In this document: positions 8,904 through 17,594 of the stretch, one piece after another
How the letters are laid out: each line of letters begins with the position of its first letter
How positions within the stretch are numbered: position 1 is the first letter of the stretch
NCBI GenBank assembly: GCA_029934755.1
Contig: JAOZLQ010000002.1
Location: 1 to 36,787 of the forward strand
Origin: Desulfuromusa sp.
GTDB lineage: Bacteria; Desulfobacterota; Desulfuromonadia; Desulfuromonadales; Geopsychrobacteraceae
Reading direction: 5' to 3'
DNA length: 36,787 nucleotides
Position numbers and translations under genes: made by a program
The notes under the pieces: model-generated
What the model was told of the DNA's origin: nothing
Database searches by the model: none
Seen by the model: only the letters and a program-made list of their open reading frames with translations

Positions 8904-10222
8904 TAGACCTCGTCGAACGTGTCAAGTCACTTAACACTCTCAAAGTGAGTGGAAAAGTGATCCAGATTGTCGGGCTGGTTGTTGAAGGTTATTGCCCGGC
9001 TGCAACGGTTGGCACTCTTTGTCAGTTGATCCCACTGGGGGGTGGGGAGCCAGTTCCAGCGGAAGTCGTTGGTTTTCGTGATTCTCGTGCATTGTTGATG
9101 CCGTTGGGTGAACTGCGTGGTCTGGGACCTGGTAGTTTGATTCAGGTGGTGCGAGATAGCGCTTCCATTCCCGTTGGCGACCATCTACTGGGACGTGTTC
9201 TTGATGCCCTCGGTCAACCCCTTGATGAATTGGCATTGGCCCCTTGTGAGAATGAGTGCCCATTATATGCTTTACCGGCGAGTCCTATGGCACGCAAACC
9301 AATTGTCCAACCCCTTGATCTTGGGGTGCGAGCGATTAATGGGTTGTTAACTTGTGGTTCTGGACAACGGATGGGGATTATGGCTGGTTCAGGGGTGGGG
9401 AAAAGTGTCCTGCTGGGGATGATGGCTAAACATACACAAGCCGATGTCAACGTGATCGCTTTGATTGGTGAACGGGGACGGGAAGTTCGTGAGTTTATTG
9501 AACGTGATCTTGGCCCGGAAGGGTTGGCCCGTTCGGTCGTCATTACCGCGACTTCGGATCAATCACCATTACTACGGATGCGCGGCGCCTTTGTCGCGAC
9601 AACAATTGCTGAATATTTCTGTGCACAAGGTAAAAATGTTTTGCTATTGATGGATTCGGTGACCCGTTTTGCTATGGCAATGCGTGAAGTAGGTCTGGCC
9701 ATCGGCGAACCACCGACAACCAAAGGTTATACCCCGTCAGTTTTTGCCACTCTGCCAAAATTGTTGGAGCGGGCCGGTAGTTTCAAGGGGAAAGGGAGCA
9801 TCACTGGTCTCTATACCGTGCTGGTTGAAGGGGATGATATGAATGAGCCAATTGCTGATGCGGTCAGGTCCATTCTTGATGGGCATATTGTGCTGTCACG
9901 TGATCTAGCGGCACGCAACCATTATCCTTCTATTGATATTCTTAATTCTGCCAGCCGGGTTATGCGGGATATTGTCAGCCCTGAACATCTTCAGCTGAAT
10001 GGTCGGGTTCGAGAAATTATGGCAACCTACAAAGAGGCAGAGGATCTGATTAATATCGGTGCCTATATTGAAGGAAGCAACGGCAAAATTGATTACGCTA
10101 TCTCCCAGATCGAAGCCATTATTGAATTTTTGCGTCAAGGGATGAACGATTCTGTTGACTTGGATACAACAGTAGCAGAACTGACGACGTTGTTACAGGA
10201 TCGTCGTCAGGGGACAAGGTAA
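8900..10222 (+). CDS. fliI: Flagellum-specific export ATPase FliI
   Basis: Walker A AGSGVGKS, LIGERGREV, LLLMDSVTRFA. Confidence 0.97.
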   Translation: MIDLVERVKSLNTLKVSGKVIQIVGLVVEGYCPAATVGTLCQLIPLGGGEPVPAEVVGFRDSRALLMPLGELRGLGPGSLIQVVRDSASIPVGDHLLGRVLDALGQPLDELALAPCENECPLYALPASPMARKPIVQPLDLGVRAINGLLTCGSGQRMGIMAGSGVGKSVLLGMMAKHTQADVNVIALIGERGREVREFIERDLGPEGLARSVVITATSDQSPLLRMRGAFVATTIAEYFCAQGKNVLLLMDSVTRFAMAMREVGLAIGEPPTTKGYTPSVFATLPKLLERAGSFKGKGSITGLYTVLVEGDDMNEPIADAVRSILDGHIVLSRDLAARNHYPSIDILNSASRVMRDIVSPEHLQLNGRVREIMATYKEAEDLINIGAYIEGSNGKIDYAISQIEAIIEFLRQGMNDSVDLDTTVAELTTLLQDRRQGTR

Positions 10223-10225
10223 ATA

Positions 10226-10666
10226 ATGGCTGCAAAATTTAAACTCCAGTCAGTACTGAATTACCGTCAATCTCTGGAAGGCCAGGCACAACAAGTTCTG
10301 GCTGCCAGCTTGCAGCAGCAGAGTGATTTGGAAATCCAGTTGCAAGAGCAACAGGAAAATTTGCAGCAATATGATGGTGAATTGAAGAAGCGGCAAGAGG
10401 AAGGTTTAACCGTTGCAGAAATTGATTTATATGAATCGCAAATTCATCATTGTCGCCGGTTGATGGAGGATATCCAGAACCGCTTGCAAAGGCTTGAACA
10501 GCAGATTCTTTCCGAACGACAGGAACTTCTTCATGCTGCGCGGGAGCGACAGGTTATGGAAAAATTAAAGGATAAACAGGAGGCGGAATATCGGCTGGAA
10601 CTGTCCCGCAAGGAGCGGGCAATGCTGGATGAAATCAGCCTTCGAAATAAGGGAAATAACTCATGA
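10226..10666 (+). CDS. fliJ: Flagellar export chaperone FliJ
   Basis: N-terminal FKLQSVLNYR, coiled coil, C-terminal MLDE, follows fliI. Confidence 0.92.
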   Translation: MAAKFKLQSVLNYRQSLEGQAQQVLAASLQQQSDLEIQLQEQQENLQQYDGELKKRQEEGLTVAEIDLYESQIHHCRRLMEDIQNRLQRLEQQILSERQELLHAARERQVMEKLKDKQEAEYRLELSRKERAMLDEISLRNKGNNS

Positions 10667-11175
10667 TTCTGAGAACGATATTGCTGACAATGACGCTTCT
10701 GATCTGTTCTGTAACCTTGTATGCAGCAGAATCTGGATTGGTCAATGAAGAGCAGATTTCATCAGTTGAGGAGCGCCGTATTCTGGTATCAATTGAAGAT
10801 GAATATGCCAAATTAGATGAACTAGAAGACAAAATAGATGCTCGGGAAATGCAGCTAAAGACCTTGGAGGCGGAAGTCGATAAGAAGCTCGCGGCGATGC
10901 AACAATTACGGAATGAGTTGGTCAAGTTGCTGGATCGTAAAGATGAAACGGAAGGGGAACGGATCGGGGAACTGAGTAAAATCTATGAAAAGATGAACCC
11001 ACAAAAAGCTGCAGTGTTAATTAAGGCGCTCGATTATCAATTGGCAGTTGACCTGTTGCTGGGCATCAAGAAAAAAACAGCAGGTAAGATTCTCGATAGC
11101 CTCGATGCAGAAACTGCGACAGAACTGAGCAAGGCTTTTACCGAAATACCGGTGAATGATAAATCGGGATACTGA
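10663..11175 (+). CDS. MotE/MgtE-N-like secreted flagellar protein
   Basis: Signal peptide, long coiled coil, C-terminal LSKIYEKMNPQKAAVLI...KTAGKILDSLD repeats, located between fliJ and fliK. Confidence 0.75.
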   Translation: MILRTILLTMTLLICSVTLYAAESGLVNEEQISSVEERRILVSIEDEYAKLDELEDKIDAREMQLKTLEAEVDKKLAAMQQLRNELVKLLDRKDETEGERIGELSKIYEKMNPQKAAVLIKALDYQLAVDLLLGIKKKTAGKILDSLDAETATELSKAFTEIPVNDKSGY

Positions 11176-11212
11176 TTCCGAATATGAATCCAAACGAAAG
11201 GAGGTGAAACAA

Positions 11213-12739
11213 ATGCATGCATTATCGATGATCGACATGGGCAAGCAACCTGTAGATGCAGTTGCTCCAACAAAAACAACGCACAGTAACGAGCAACAAT
11301 TCGGCAAAGTGCTGAAAGAAAAACAACAGGTTCAAGGGCAGGATGAAGGTAAATCTGTCGATAGACAACCTGTGCCTGACGAAGGTGCAAGTGAGAAGCG
11401 AGTTGTTGCTGAAAGCAGTATTCTGTCTGAAGTTGAGGTGAACCCCCAACAGCAAGTCAAAGTGCAACATACACTTGTCGACCTGATGAAAACTATCGTT
11501 CAGGGTGAATCAACTGAAGGTGTAGAGAGTTCCGACAGTATTGAAGCGTTGTTGACTGATTTAGTTGAGCAACTTGAATCAACAGAGCTTCATGGGGAAC
11601 AGGTGTTGGCAGGCGTTGATTTGTCGGCTCTGGTTGTTGAGTTGCAATCTTTGAACGAAGATTCAGATAACAAAGAGCTGTTGGCACAATTGATTACGCA
11701 GGTGGAAGAACAACCCACTGAAGAACCAGGGTTGCTGGAAAATTCTGAGTTGGCAGCTGCTGTGCTGGTAGAACCACAAATGCAGGCACACAACGTGGCA
11801 CCAGTTGTTGAAAATCTGACCCAAGCCCGAAAGATTTTGCAACAGGCTTTCGATTCCGTTGTTTCTCAAAAAACGGCTGCCGTTGAAACAGTCGGTGCCG
11901 AAGGAGAACAACTGGTTGAAGAAGAGTTCTTCATGATGGACGATGCGACAGAGAAGATTGATCCGCGTTTTGCCGGGTTACTCAAACCGCGAACAGAACA
12001 ACGTCCTGTTGCCTTGCAAACTCAGTCAGGCAAAGAACAACTTCCGTTGCATAATTTCAAGCAACAGGCGGGAGTGAGCCAAAGCGATTCGGTTGTTCAG
12101 GTTCTCCCTGAAGAGATGCTCGAACAAAAACAGAGTATTGAGGTAGGTCAGTTGTCAGGGGGTGTTGCCAAACAAATGCTGGAAAATTTGGTTCAGCAGG
12201 GACAACATAATCTTCAATCACAGGGGCAAGCACCAGTTCAAGGTGTGGATGTAAATCGGGCGATGCCACAAACTCAAATTATTCAATTGGCGAGTGGTCA
12301 GCAGGTCGCTGAAAGTCAGATTTTTGACCAGGTGGTGACGCAGCTTTCCGGCAGTGTTAATGGTGAATCTGGGCGTATGGTTCTCCGTTTACAACCCGCT
12401 GAACTTGGTTCGTTGAAACTTGAAATAATGATTGAAGGTGATCGCGTTCGTGCCAATTTCCATGCTCAGAGTCAGCAGGTTCAGGAAGTTCTCGAACGGA
12501 ACCTTCCTCAGCTGCGTAATGCTTTGGCTGAACAGGGGCTGAAAATTGATCAGTTTCAGGTCACAACGGACAAGAACTATGACCAGCAAAGTCAATTTGA
12601 AAATCTGGCTCAACAGCAGCAGCATGGTTCTGAAAAACAGCCAGGCTGGCACCAGCAGACTCAGGAACAGGAAGAACAGAGTATTCCCTTAGCCCACCTG
12701 ATGCAGAATGGTGGCGGAGGCATCAGCCTCCACGTGTAA
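11213..12739 (+). CDS. fliK: Flagellar hook-length control protein FliK
   Basis: ATG 11213 after AAGGAGGT, long acidic/Gln-rich N-region, C-terminal LRLQPAELGSL...LPQLRNALAEQGL domain. Confidence 0.92.
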   Translation: MHALSMIDMGKQPVDAVAPTKTTHSNEQQFGKVLKEKQQVQGQDEGKSVDRQPVPDEGASEKRVVAESSILSEVEVNPQQQVKVQHTLVDLMKTIVQGESTEGVESSDSIEALLTDLVEQLESTELHGEQVLAGVDLSALVVELQSLNEDSDNKELLAQLITQVEEQPTEEPGLLENSELAAAVLVEPQMQAHNVAPVVENLTQARKILQQAFDSVVSQKTAAVETVGAEGEQLVEEEFFMMDDATEKIDPRFAGLLKPRTEQRPVALQTQSGKEQLPLHNFKQQAGVSQSDSVVQVLPEEMLEQKQSIEVGQLSGGVAKQMLENLVQQGQHNLQSQGQAPVQGVDVNRAMPQTQIIQLASGQQVAESQIFDQVVTQLSGSVNGESGRMVLRLQPAELGSLKLEIMIEGDRVRANFHAQSQQVQEVLERNLPQLRNALAEQGLKIDQFQVTTDKNYDQQSQFENLAQQQQHGSEKQPGWHQQTQEQEEQSIPLAHLMQNGGGGISLHV

Positions 12740-12768
12740 CAGCAATTTAAAGAAAGGAGAATTACAAG

Positions 12769-13434
12769 ATGTCAGCAATTAGTGGAATCGATACTGGCTA
12801 CACTGCCCCCTCGACAACATCGATCTCAAGTGATGTTTCTATGGGCAAAACGGATTTTCTCTTGTTACTGGTGGCCCAGTTGGAAAATCAAGATCCGATG
12901 AATCCGCAGGATGCCACAGAATTTACCTCGCAGTTGGCAGAGTTCAGTTCGTTGGAGCAACTGGAAAATGCCAATAAGAGTCTGGAAGGTCTTGCTGCGA
13001 TGAGCAGTGAAATGGAACGGATGTCAGCGCTTGGGTTGATCGGTCAGGATGTTATTGCCCAGACGGAACAATTCCATTTCAGTGGCGATCCAGTGCAACT
13101 TGGTTATCGCCTCGAAACTCCAGCAGATGATGTCAAATTATATGTTTTGAACCAAACCGGATCAACCGTAGCGACTATCTCAGCTCAGGAAACTCATCCT
13201 GGAGAGTATTTTATTGATTGGGATGGGCTTGGCGATTTGGGTATGCCACTCGAACCGGGTGACTATTCTTTAGTTGTCAGGGCGGTTGATAAAGATGATC
13301 AACTTATTCAGACTGATAGTTTGATCAAAGGGCGTGTCGAAGTAGTCGATATGAGTGGTGTTACCCCTCAATTGGAAACCAGTTCCGGAACTTTTGCCAT
13401 GAATAAGATTGAGAAGGCCGGAGCAGCACTATGA
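12769..13434 (+). CDS. flgD: Flagellar hook capping protein FlgD
   Basis: FLLLLVAQLENQDPMNP and FTSQLAEFSSLEQL, C-terminal WDG Ig-like domain. Confidence 0.96.
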   Translation: MSAISGIDTGYTAPSTTSISSDVSMGKTDFLLLLVAQLENQDPMNPQDATEFTSQLAEFSSLEQLENANKSLEGLAAMSSEMERMSALGLIGQDVIAQTEQFHFSGDPVQLGYRLETPADDVKLYVLNQTGSTVATISAQETHPGEYFIDWDGLGDLGMPLEPGDYSLVVRAVDKDDQLIQTDSLIKGRVEVVDMSGVTPQLETSSGTFAMNKIEKAGAAL

Positions 13435-13820
13435 CCGATCGAATAACTATCATCCCGCAACCGATCACCCCGGCCAGACCGCAAAATCTGACCCGGAACA
13501 AGCAACAGGGATCAACCAGTGGGGTTGGCAGTTTTGACCAGTTATTGCAGAACAAGATCGAATCTGGCGGGGTCAAATTTTCCAAACATGCAACTGATCG
13601 AATGCAGAGTCGTGGCATTAACCTTAGCCCCAACCAGATGCAGCGGTTGGAAACAGCAGTATCTCAAGTTCATGCCAAGGGTGGAAAAGAATCGTTGGTG
13701 ATGCTTGATAATACGGCGCTGGTAGTGAGTGTCAAAAATGATACCGTGGTCACGGTGGTTGATCGGGAACAACTGAAAAATAACGTTTTTACCAATATTG
13801 ATAGTGCAGTGATTGCCTAA
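13431..13820 (+). CDS. Flagellar operon protein of unknown function (TIGR02530-type)
   Basis: KFSKHATDRMQSRGI, ESLVML, NDTVVTVVD, NVFTNIDSAVI, typical position between flgD and flgE. Confidence 0.88.
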   Translation: MTDRITIIPQPITPARPQNLTRNKQQGSTSGVGSFDQLLQNKIESGGVKFSKHATDRMQSRGINLSPNQMQRLETAVSQVHAKGGKESLVMLDNTALVVSVKNDTVVTVVDREQLKNNVFTNIDSAVIA

Positions 13821-13821
13821 C

Positions 13822-13886
13822 CGAACCGGTCCTCTTTGAGGAGGTTCGCAAGCCGCCGACTGATTGACGCGGCTTCCAAACAGGAG
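13822..13886 (+). promoter_or_regulatory. Two-hairpin structured leader (candidate cis-regulatory RNA) directly upstream of the flgE ribosome-binding site
   Basis: CGAACC-gg-TCCTC-ttt-GAGGA-GGTTCG, then AAGCCGC-cgactgattgac-GCGGCTT, then SD AGGAG, with no U-tract. Confidence 0.55.
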
Positions 13887-13893
13887 TGATAAA

Positions 13894-15239
13894 ATGGGAG
13901 TATCTAGTGCTCTTTATAGTGGAGTCAGTGGACTCAATGCTAACGCGAACGCGATGAGCGTTCTTGGTGACAATCTTGCCAATGCCAACACCGTCGGATT
14001 TAAATCGAGCCGGACAATTTTTGGTGATCTGCTTTCAGCCAGGTTTCTGGCTCTGGCGGAACGTCTCAGGTTGGCCGAGGTGTCGGTTTATCGACTGTGG
14101 ATACTATCTTCAGCCAGGGAACCTTCGAAAATACTGAAACCAATACTGATCTGGCGGTTGAGGGAGCTGGCTTTTTTATCGTCAGCGATCCATCAACGGG
14201 CAATGCGTCTAATAACTACACTCGAGCCGGAGCGTTTCGGTTTGATGCTGAGGGCTTTCTGGTCAACCCTGAAGGATACAACGTTATGGGGTATGAGTTG
14301 GATGTCAATGGCAATACAGTTGGCGATCTGACCCCAATCTGGGCTAATACCCAATCGTTTACCCCGGCAGGACCGACAGCAAATATTAATTTGAATACCA
14401 ACCTTGACTCTGATTCTATCGCAATAGTTGCCGGTTTTGATCCTCTTGATCCATCTGCGAGTTCAAACTATGCGACTTCAATCCAGGTTTTTGACAGCTT
14501 AGGCAGTACCCATTTGATGACGACTTATTTCACTAAAACGGCTGATCAAACATGGGATTGGAATACCGTGGTTGATGGTGGAGAAGTGACCGGTGGTGCT
14601 TCAGGTGTTTTGGAAGTTGTTGGTAGTGGGGCATTGGGTTTTGATGCGAGTGGCGATTTGATTCATATCATCGATGATGCCGGTACACAACACGAGCTTT
14701 ATACGATACCAGGTGATACCAGCAGCGATCCTGTTTTTCCAAGACCCGCCGCAACAACAACTGCTGGAACTTTGGATTGGCTTAATGGTTCAATTCAGAC
14801 TCAGCAGGTTTCCATCGATATGCAGACCAGTCAATATGCGAGTCCCTCGGTAGTTGTGTCGCAGGAACAGGATGGTTTCGGTACCGGTACTCTGGTTAAA
14901 TTGAGTGTTGACGAACTTGGTAACGTCGTTGGTAATTTTTCTAACGGAACACCTCGTGAATTGATGCGTATTCCTTTGGCGAAATTCACTAACCCAAGTG
15001 CCTTAAGCAAAATTGGCAGTAATATGTATTCTCAGAGCACCAGCTCCGGTGTTCCGGTTATTGGTACTATTGGATCGGGAGTTGGTAACATCTTCACCAA
15101 TGCTCTGGAGCTTTCGAACGTTGACATGGCTCAGGAGTTCGTCAAAATGATTACCACGCAGCGTGGATTTTCGGCCAACTCAAAAACCATCACGACCACC
15201 GATGAAATGCTGGCTGAAGTTATTAATCTGAAACGTTAA
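13894..15239 (+). pseudogene. flgE: Flagellar hook protein FlgE interrupted by a 1-nt frameshift near 14028-14040 (pseudogene or sequencing error)
   Basis: N-terminus MGVSSALYSGVSGL...GDNLANANTVGFK in one frame, continuing SQVSGSGGTSQVGRGV...LELSNVDMAQEFVKMITTQRGFSANSK in the -1 frame. Confidence 0.85.
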
Positions 15240-15248
15240 CTATCGCAG

Positions 15249-15264
15249 GTCAAAATCATGACAT
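15249..15264 (+). promoter_or_regulatory. Candidate upstream activator site (GTCA-N6-TGAC) for the motA promoter
   Basis: GTCAAAATCATGACAT, palindromic ends, about 140 bp upstream of the -24 element, matches 1550-1565. Confidence 0.55.
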
Positions 15265-15309
15265 AACAACGAATGCCGCCCTGATTTTCAGTGGCGGCAT
15301 TCGTTGTTA
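15264..15309 (+). terminator. Long hairpin after flgE (terminator or mRNA stabiliser)
   Basis: Perfect 17-bp IR TAACAACGAATGCCGCC / GGCGGCATTCGTTGTTA, weak U-tract. Confidence 0.7.
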
Positions 15310-15335
15310 AAGCAATAGGTCAATTTTGTCTTATG

Positions 15336-15348
15336 CAATTAGCTGATT
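15336..15348 (-). promoter_or_regulatory. IHF-like binding site
   Basis: CAATTAGCTGATT, one mismatch to the reverse complement of WATCAANNNNTTR, in AT-rich DNA between UAS and promoter. Confidence 0.4.
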
Positions 15349-15386
15349 TTATTGAGTTTTTAATTTATTGGAATATTCCATTAAAA

Positions 15387-15402
15387 TGGCACGTAATCTG
15401 CT
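15387..15402 (+). promoter_or_regulatory. Sigma-54 -24/-12 promoter upstream of motA
   Basis: TGGCACGTAATCTGCT, close match to TGGCACG-N4-TTGCW. Confidence 0.8.
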
Positions 15403-15525
15403 AGACAGTTAGTCGATGCTAAGTTTAGTCATGCGAAAGTCATAACTTTGGAATTTCTCGCTTGCTTGGATGTTTATGGGCGGGATGGAAGTTTACGATC
15501 AGATAAGATGGGATAGAGGACGGAT

Positions 15526-16290
15526 ATGGATCTCGCAACAATTATCGGTTTACTTGCTGCTTTTGGCTTAATGCTCTCTGCTATCCTGCAGGGTGGTTCC
15601 TTACTGATTTTCATCGATATTGCTTCGTTAATTATCGTTGTCGGTGGAACCATCGGTACCGTTCTGGTGCATTTTCCTTTTGGTGATATTCTCGGCGCTT
15701 TCAATGTTGCTCGCAAAGCATTTTTCCATAAAGCCCAGTCTCCCATCGATACTATTGAGAAGTTGATTACCTATGCAGGTAAGGCACGTAAAGAAGGAAT
15801 TCTCTCGTTACAATCGGTGATGAATGAGATTGATGATGAGTTTTTTCTCAAAGGGTTACAGATGGCGGTTGATGGACAGGAACCGGAAGCTCTTAGAGAT
15901 ATGTTAGAAAAAGAAATTGAATATGTCGTTGAGCGTCACGAAAAAGGGGCCGATATTTTTTCTACAATTGCAAATTATTCTCCGGCGATGGGGATGATTG
16001 GTACCCTGATTGGTTTGGTGCAGATGCTGCAGAATATGAGCGATCCTTCTTCGATTGGACCAGCGATGGCGGTTGCTCTGTTGACGACATTTTACGGTGC
16101 GGTTATTGCAAATATTATCGCGAACCCGATTTCCGGAAAGCTGAAAATTCGCTCAGCTAGTGAAGTCTTGAATAAAACTTTGGTAAGCGAAGGGATGAAA
16201 GCGATTCTTGAAGGTGAAAATCCACGTTTGATGGAACAACGGTTGCACGCTTTTGTTTCACCAAAAGAACGTCAGAGTAACTTCGGTTAG
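15526..16290 (+). CDS. motA: Flagellar stator A subunit (MotA/PomA-type)
   Basis: ARKEGILSL, PAMGMIGTLIGLVQML, AVALLTTFYG, GENPR. Confidence 0.95.
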   Translation: MDLATIIGLLAAFGLMLSAILQGGSLLIFIDIASLIIVVGGTIGTVLVHFPFGDILGAFNVARKAFFHKAQSPIDTIEKLITYAGKARKEGILSLQSVMNEIDDEFFLKGLQMAVDGQEPEALRDMLEKEIEYVVERHEKGADIFSTIANYSPAMGMIGTLIGLVQMLQNMSDPSSIGPAMAVALLTTFYGAVIANIIANPISGKLKIRSASEVLNKTLVSEGMKAILEGENPRLMEQRLHAFVSPKERQSNFG

Positions 16291-16299
16291 GGACTGGCT

Positions 16300-17031
16300 A
16301 TGGCTAAGAAGCATAAATGTCCCCCTCCCGGGGCGCCTAACTGGATCGTTACTTTTAGTGACCTCGTGACTCTTCTGCTGACATTTTTTGTGCTGTTGCT
16401 GTCGATGGCCAATATGGATCAGGCTAAATTCCTTCAAGCCAGTGACTCGCTGGCAGGGGCATTCGGGGTTATGGGGAGCAGTAATAAAACTGAAATCACT
16501 CCGCCAAATATTGTGACTTTTTCGCCGGTGGATGACGATTTTAACGCGGCGGTTTATCGCCGTTTGAGAACCAAATTACGCGAACTGAAGTTAAATAAAA
16601 AAATCAAACTGGTGAAAGATCGTGGTGCGGTTGTGCTGCGGATAGATGAAGCAGTGTTGTTTAAGTCTGGTCAGAGGTATCTGCAACCGGAGGCAGAACC
16701 GATTCTGCAAAAAGTTGCCGAATTGATTCGACCCTTACCACTGAATCTGAAAATTGAAGGACATACTGATGATCTTGGTGATGAAATGAACAACTGGGAT
16801 CTCTCAGTGAACCGGGCAGTTGTCGTATTACGTTTTTTGGCAACCAATCAGTTGGTTCAGCTGAGTCGTATGTCGGCGACTGGTTATGGCTCACAAAAAC
16901 CACTGTTTCCCAATGCGAGTGAACGTGAGCGGGAATTGAACCGCCGGGTTGAATTTGTTCTTGAAAGTCAGGGTGATCCTAATCAGGAACTCCCTTATTT
17001 GCTGGATGCGAAAGATCAAGTTCCGTTCTAA
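16300..17031 (+). CDS. motB: Flagellar stator B subunit (MotB/PomB-type) with OmpA-like domain
   Basis: WIVTFSDLVTLLLTFFVLL TM with conserved Asp, IEGHTD, NWDLSVNRA, NRRVE. Confidence 0.95.
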   Translation: MAKKHKCPPPGAPNWIVTFSDLVTLLLTFFVLLLSMANMDQAKFLQASDSLAGAFGVMGSSNKTEITPPNIVTFSPVDDDFNAAVYRRLRTKLRELKLNKKIKLVKDRGAVVLRIDEAVLFKSGQRYLQPEAEPILQKVAELIRPLPLNLKIEGHTDDLGDEMNNWDLSVNRAVVVLRFLATNQLVQLSRMSATGYGSQKPLFPNASERERELNRRVEFVLESQGDPNQELPYLLDAKDQVPF

Positions 17032-17085
17032 GAGTTAAGTTTTCATGAACAATGTGATTAGAAATAAATATGGAAGGAACGAATA

Positions 17086-17583
17086 ATGGCAAAAAAAGAA
17101 GCGGCTGAACAGCCTGAAGAAGGTGGTGGATCAAAAAAGAAGTTGATCATTATTATTGTGGCAGTCCTGGTTCTGCTGATTGGTGGTGGGGCTGGATACT
17201 TTTTCTTTATGGGCGGAGATGAGGAAGAGAAAATCTCTCCAGAGCAAGAACAGGCTGAATTGGAAAAACAGGCAAAACAGGTGGGTCCGATGGTTAATAT
17301 GGACAGCTTCATTGTCAATATTATGGATGATGATGAAAGTCGTTATCTTAAAGCAACCATCACCATTGAAGTCGATGTAGAAGAAACCTCAATGGAACTG
17401 ACTCAGCGGATGCCACAAGTTAAGGATGCAGTTTTATTATTGCTTGGAAGTAAAACTTTTAGTGAAATAAATGATTTGCAGGGAAAAATTCAGTTGCGAG
17501 CAGAATTGATTAATAAAATTAATAGTATTTTGCTCAAAGGTAAGGTCAAACGAATCTATTTCACTGATTTCGTTGTCCAATAA
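17086..17583 (+). CDS. fliL: Flagellar basal-body associated protein FliL
   Basis: N-terminal TM, FIVNI, C-terminal IYFTDFVVQ. Confidence 0.95.
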   Translation: MAKKEAAEQPEEGGGSKKKLIIIIVAVLVLLIGGGAGYFFFMGGDEEEKISPEQEQAELEKQAKQVGPMVNMDSFIVNIMDDDESRYLKATITIEVDVEETSMELTQRMPQVKDAVLLLLGSKTFSEINDLQGKIQLRAELINKINSILLKGKVKRIYFTDFVVQ

Positions 17584-17594
17584 AGGGCTCTGGC

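Noticed and set aside
14017-14027. ATTTTT run as a programmed -1 slippage site for flgE
   Set aside because: Slipping there meets TGA at 14025-14027 in the new frame.
14041-14331. C-terminal part of the 155-aa ORF 13864..14331 as a separate protein
   Set aside because: It is the out-of-frame read-through of frameshifted flgE. The FlgE-like sequence continues in the other frame.
15419-15446. Sigma-28 promoter upstream of motA (CTAAGTTT...AGTCATAA)
   Set aside because: The -10 matches GCCGATAA poorly, and a much better sigma-54 element lies just upstream.
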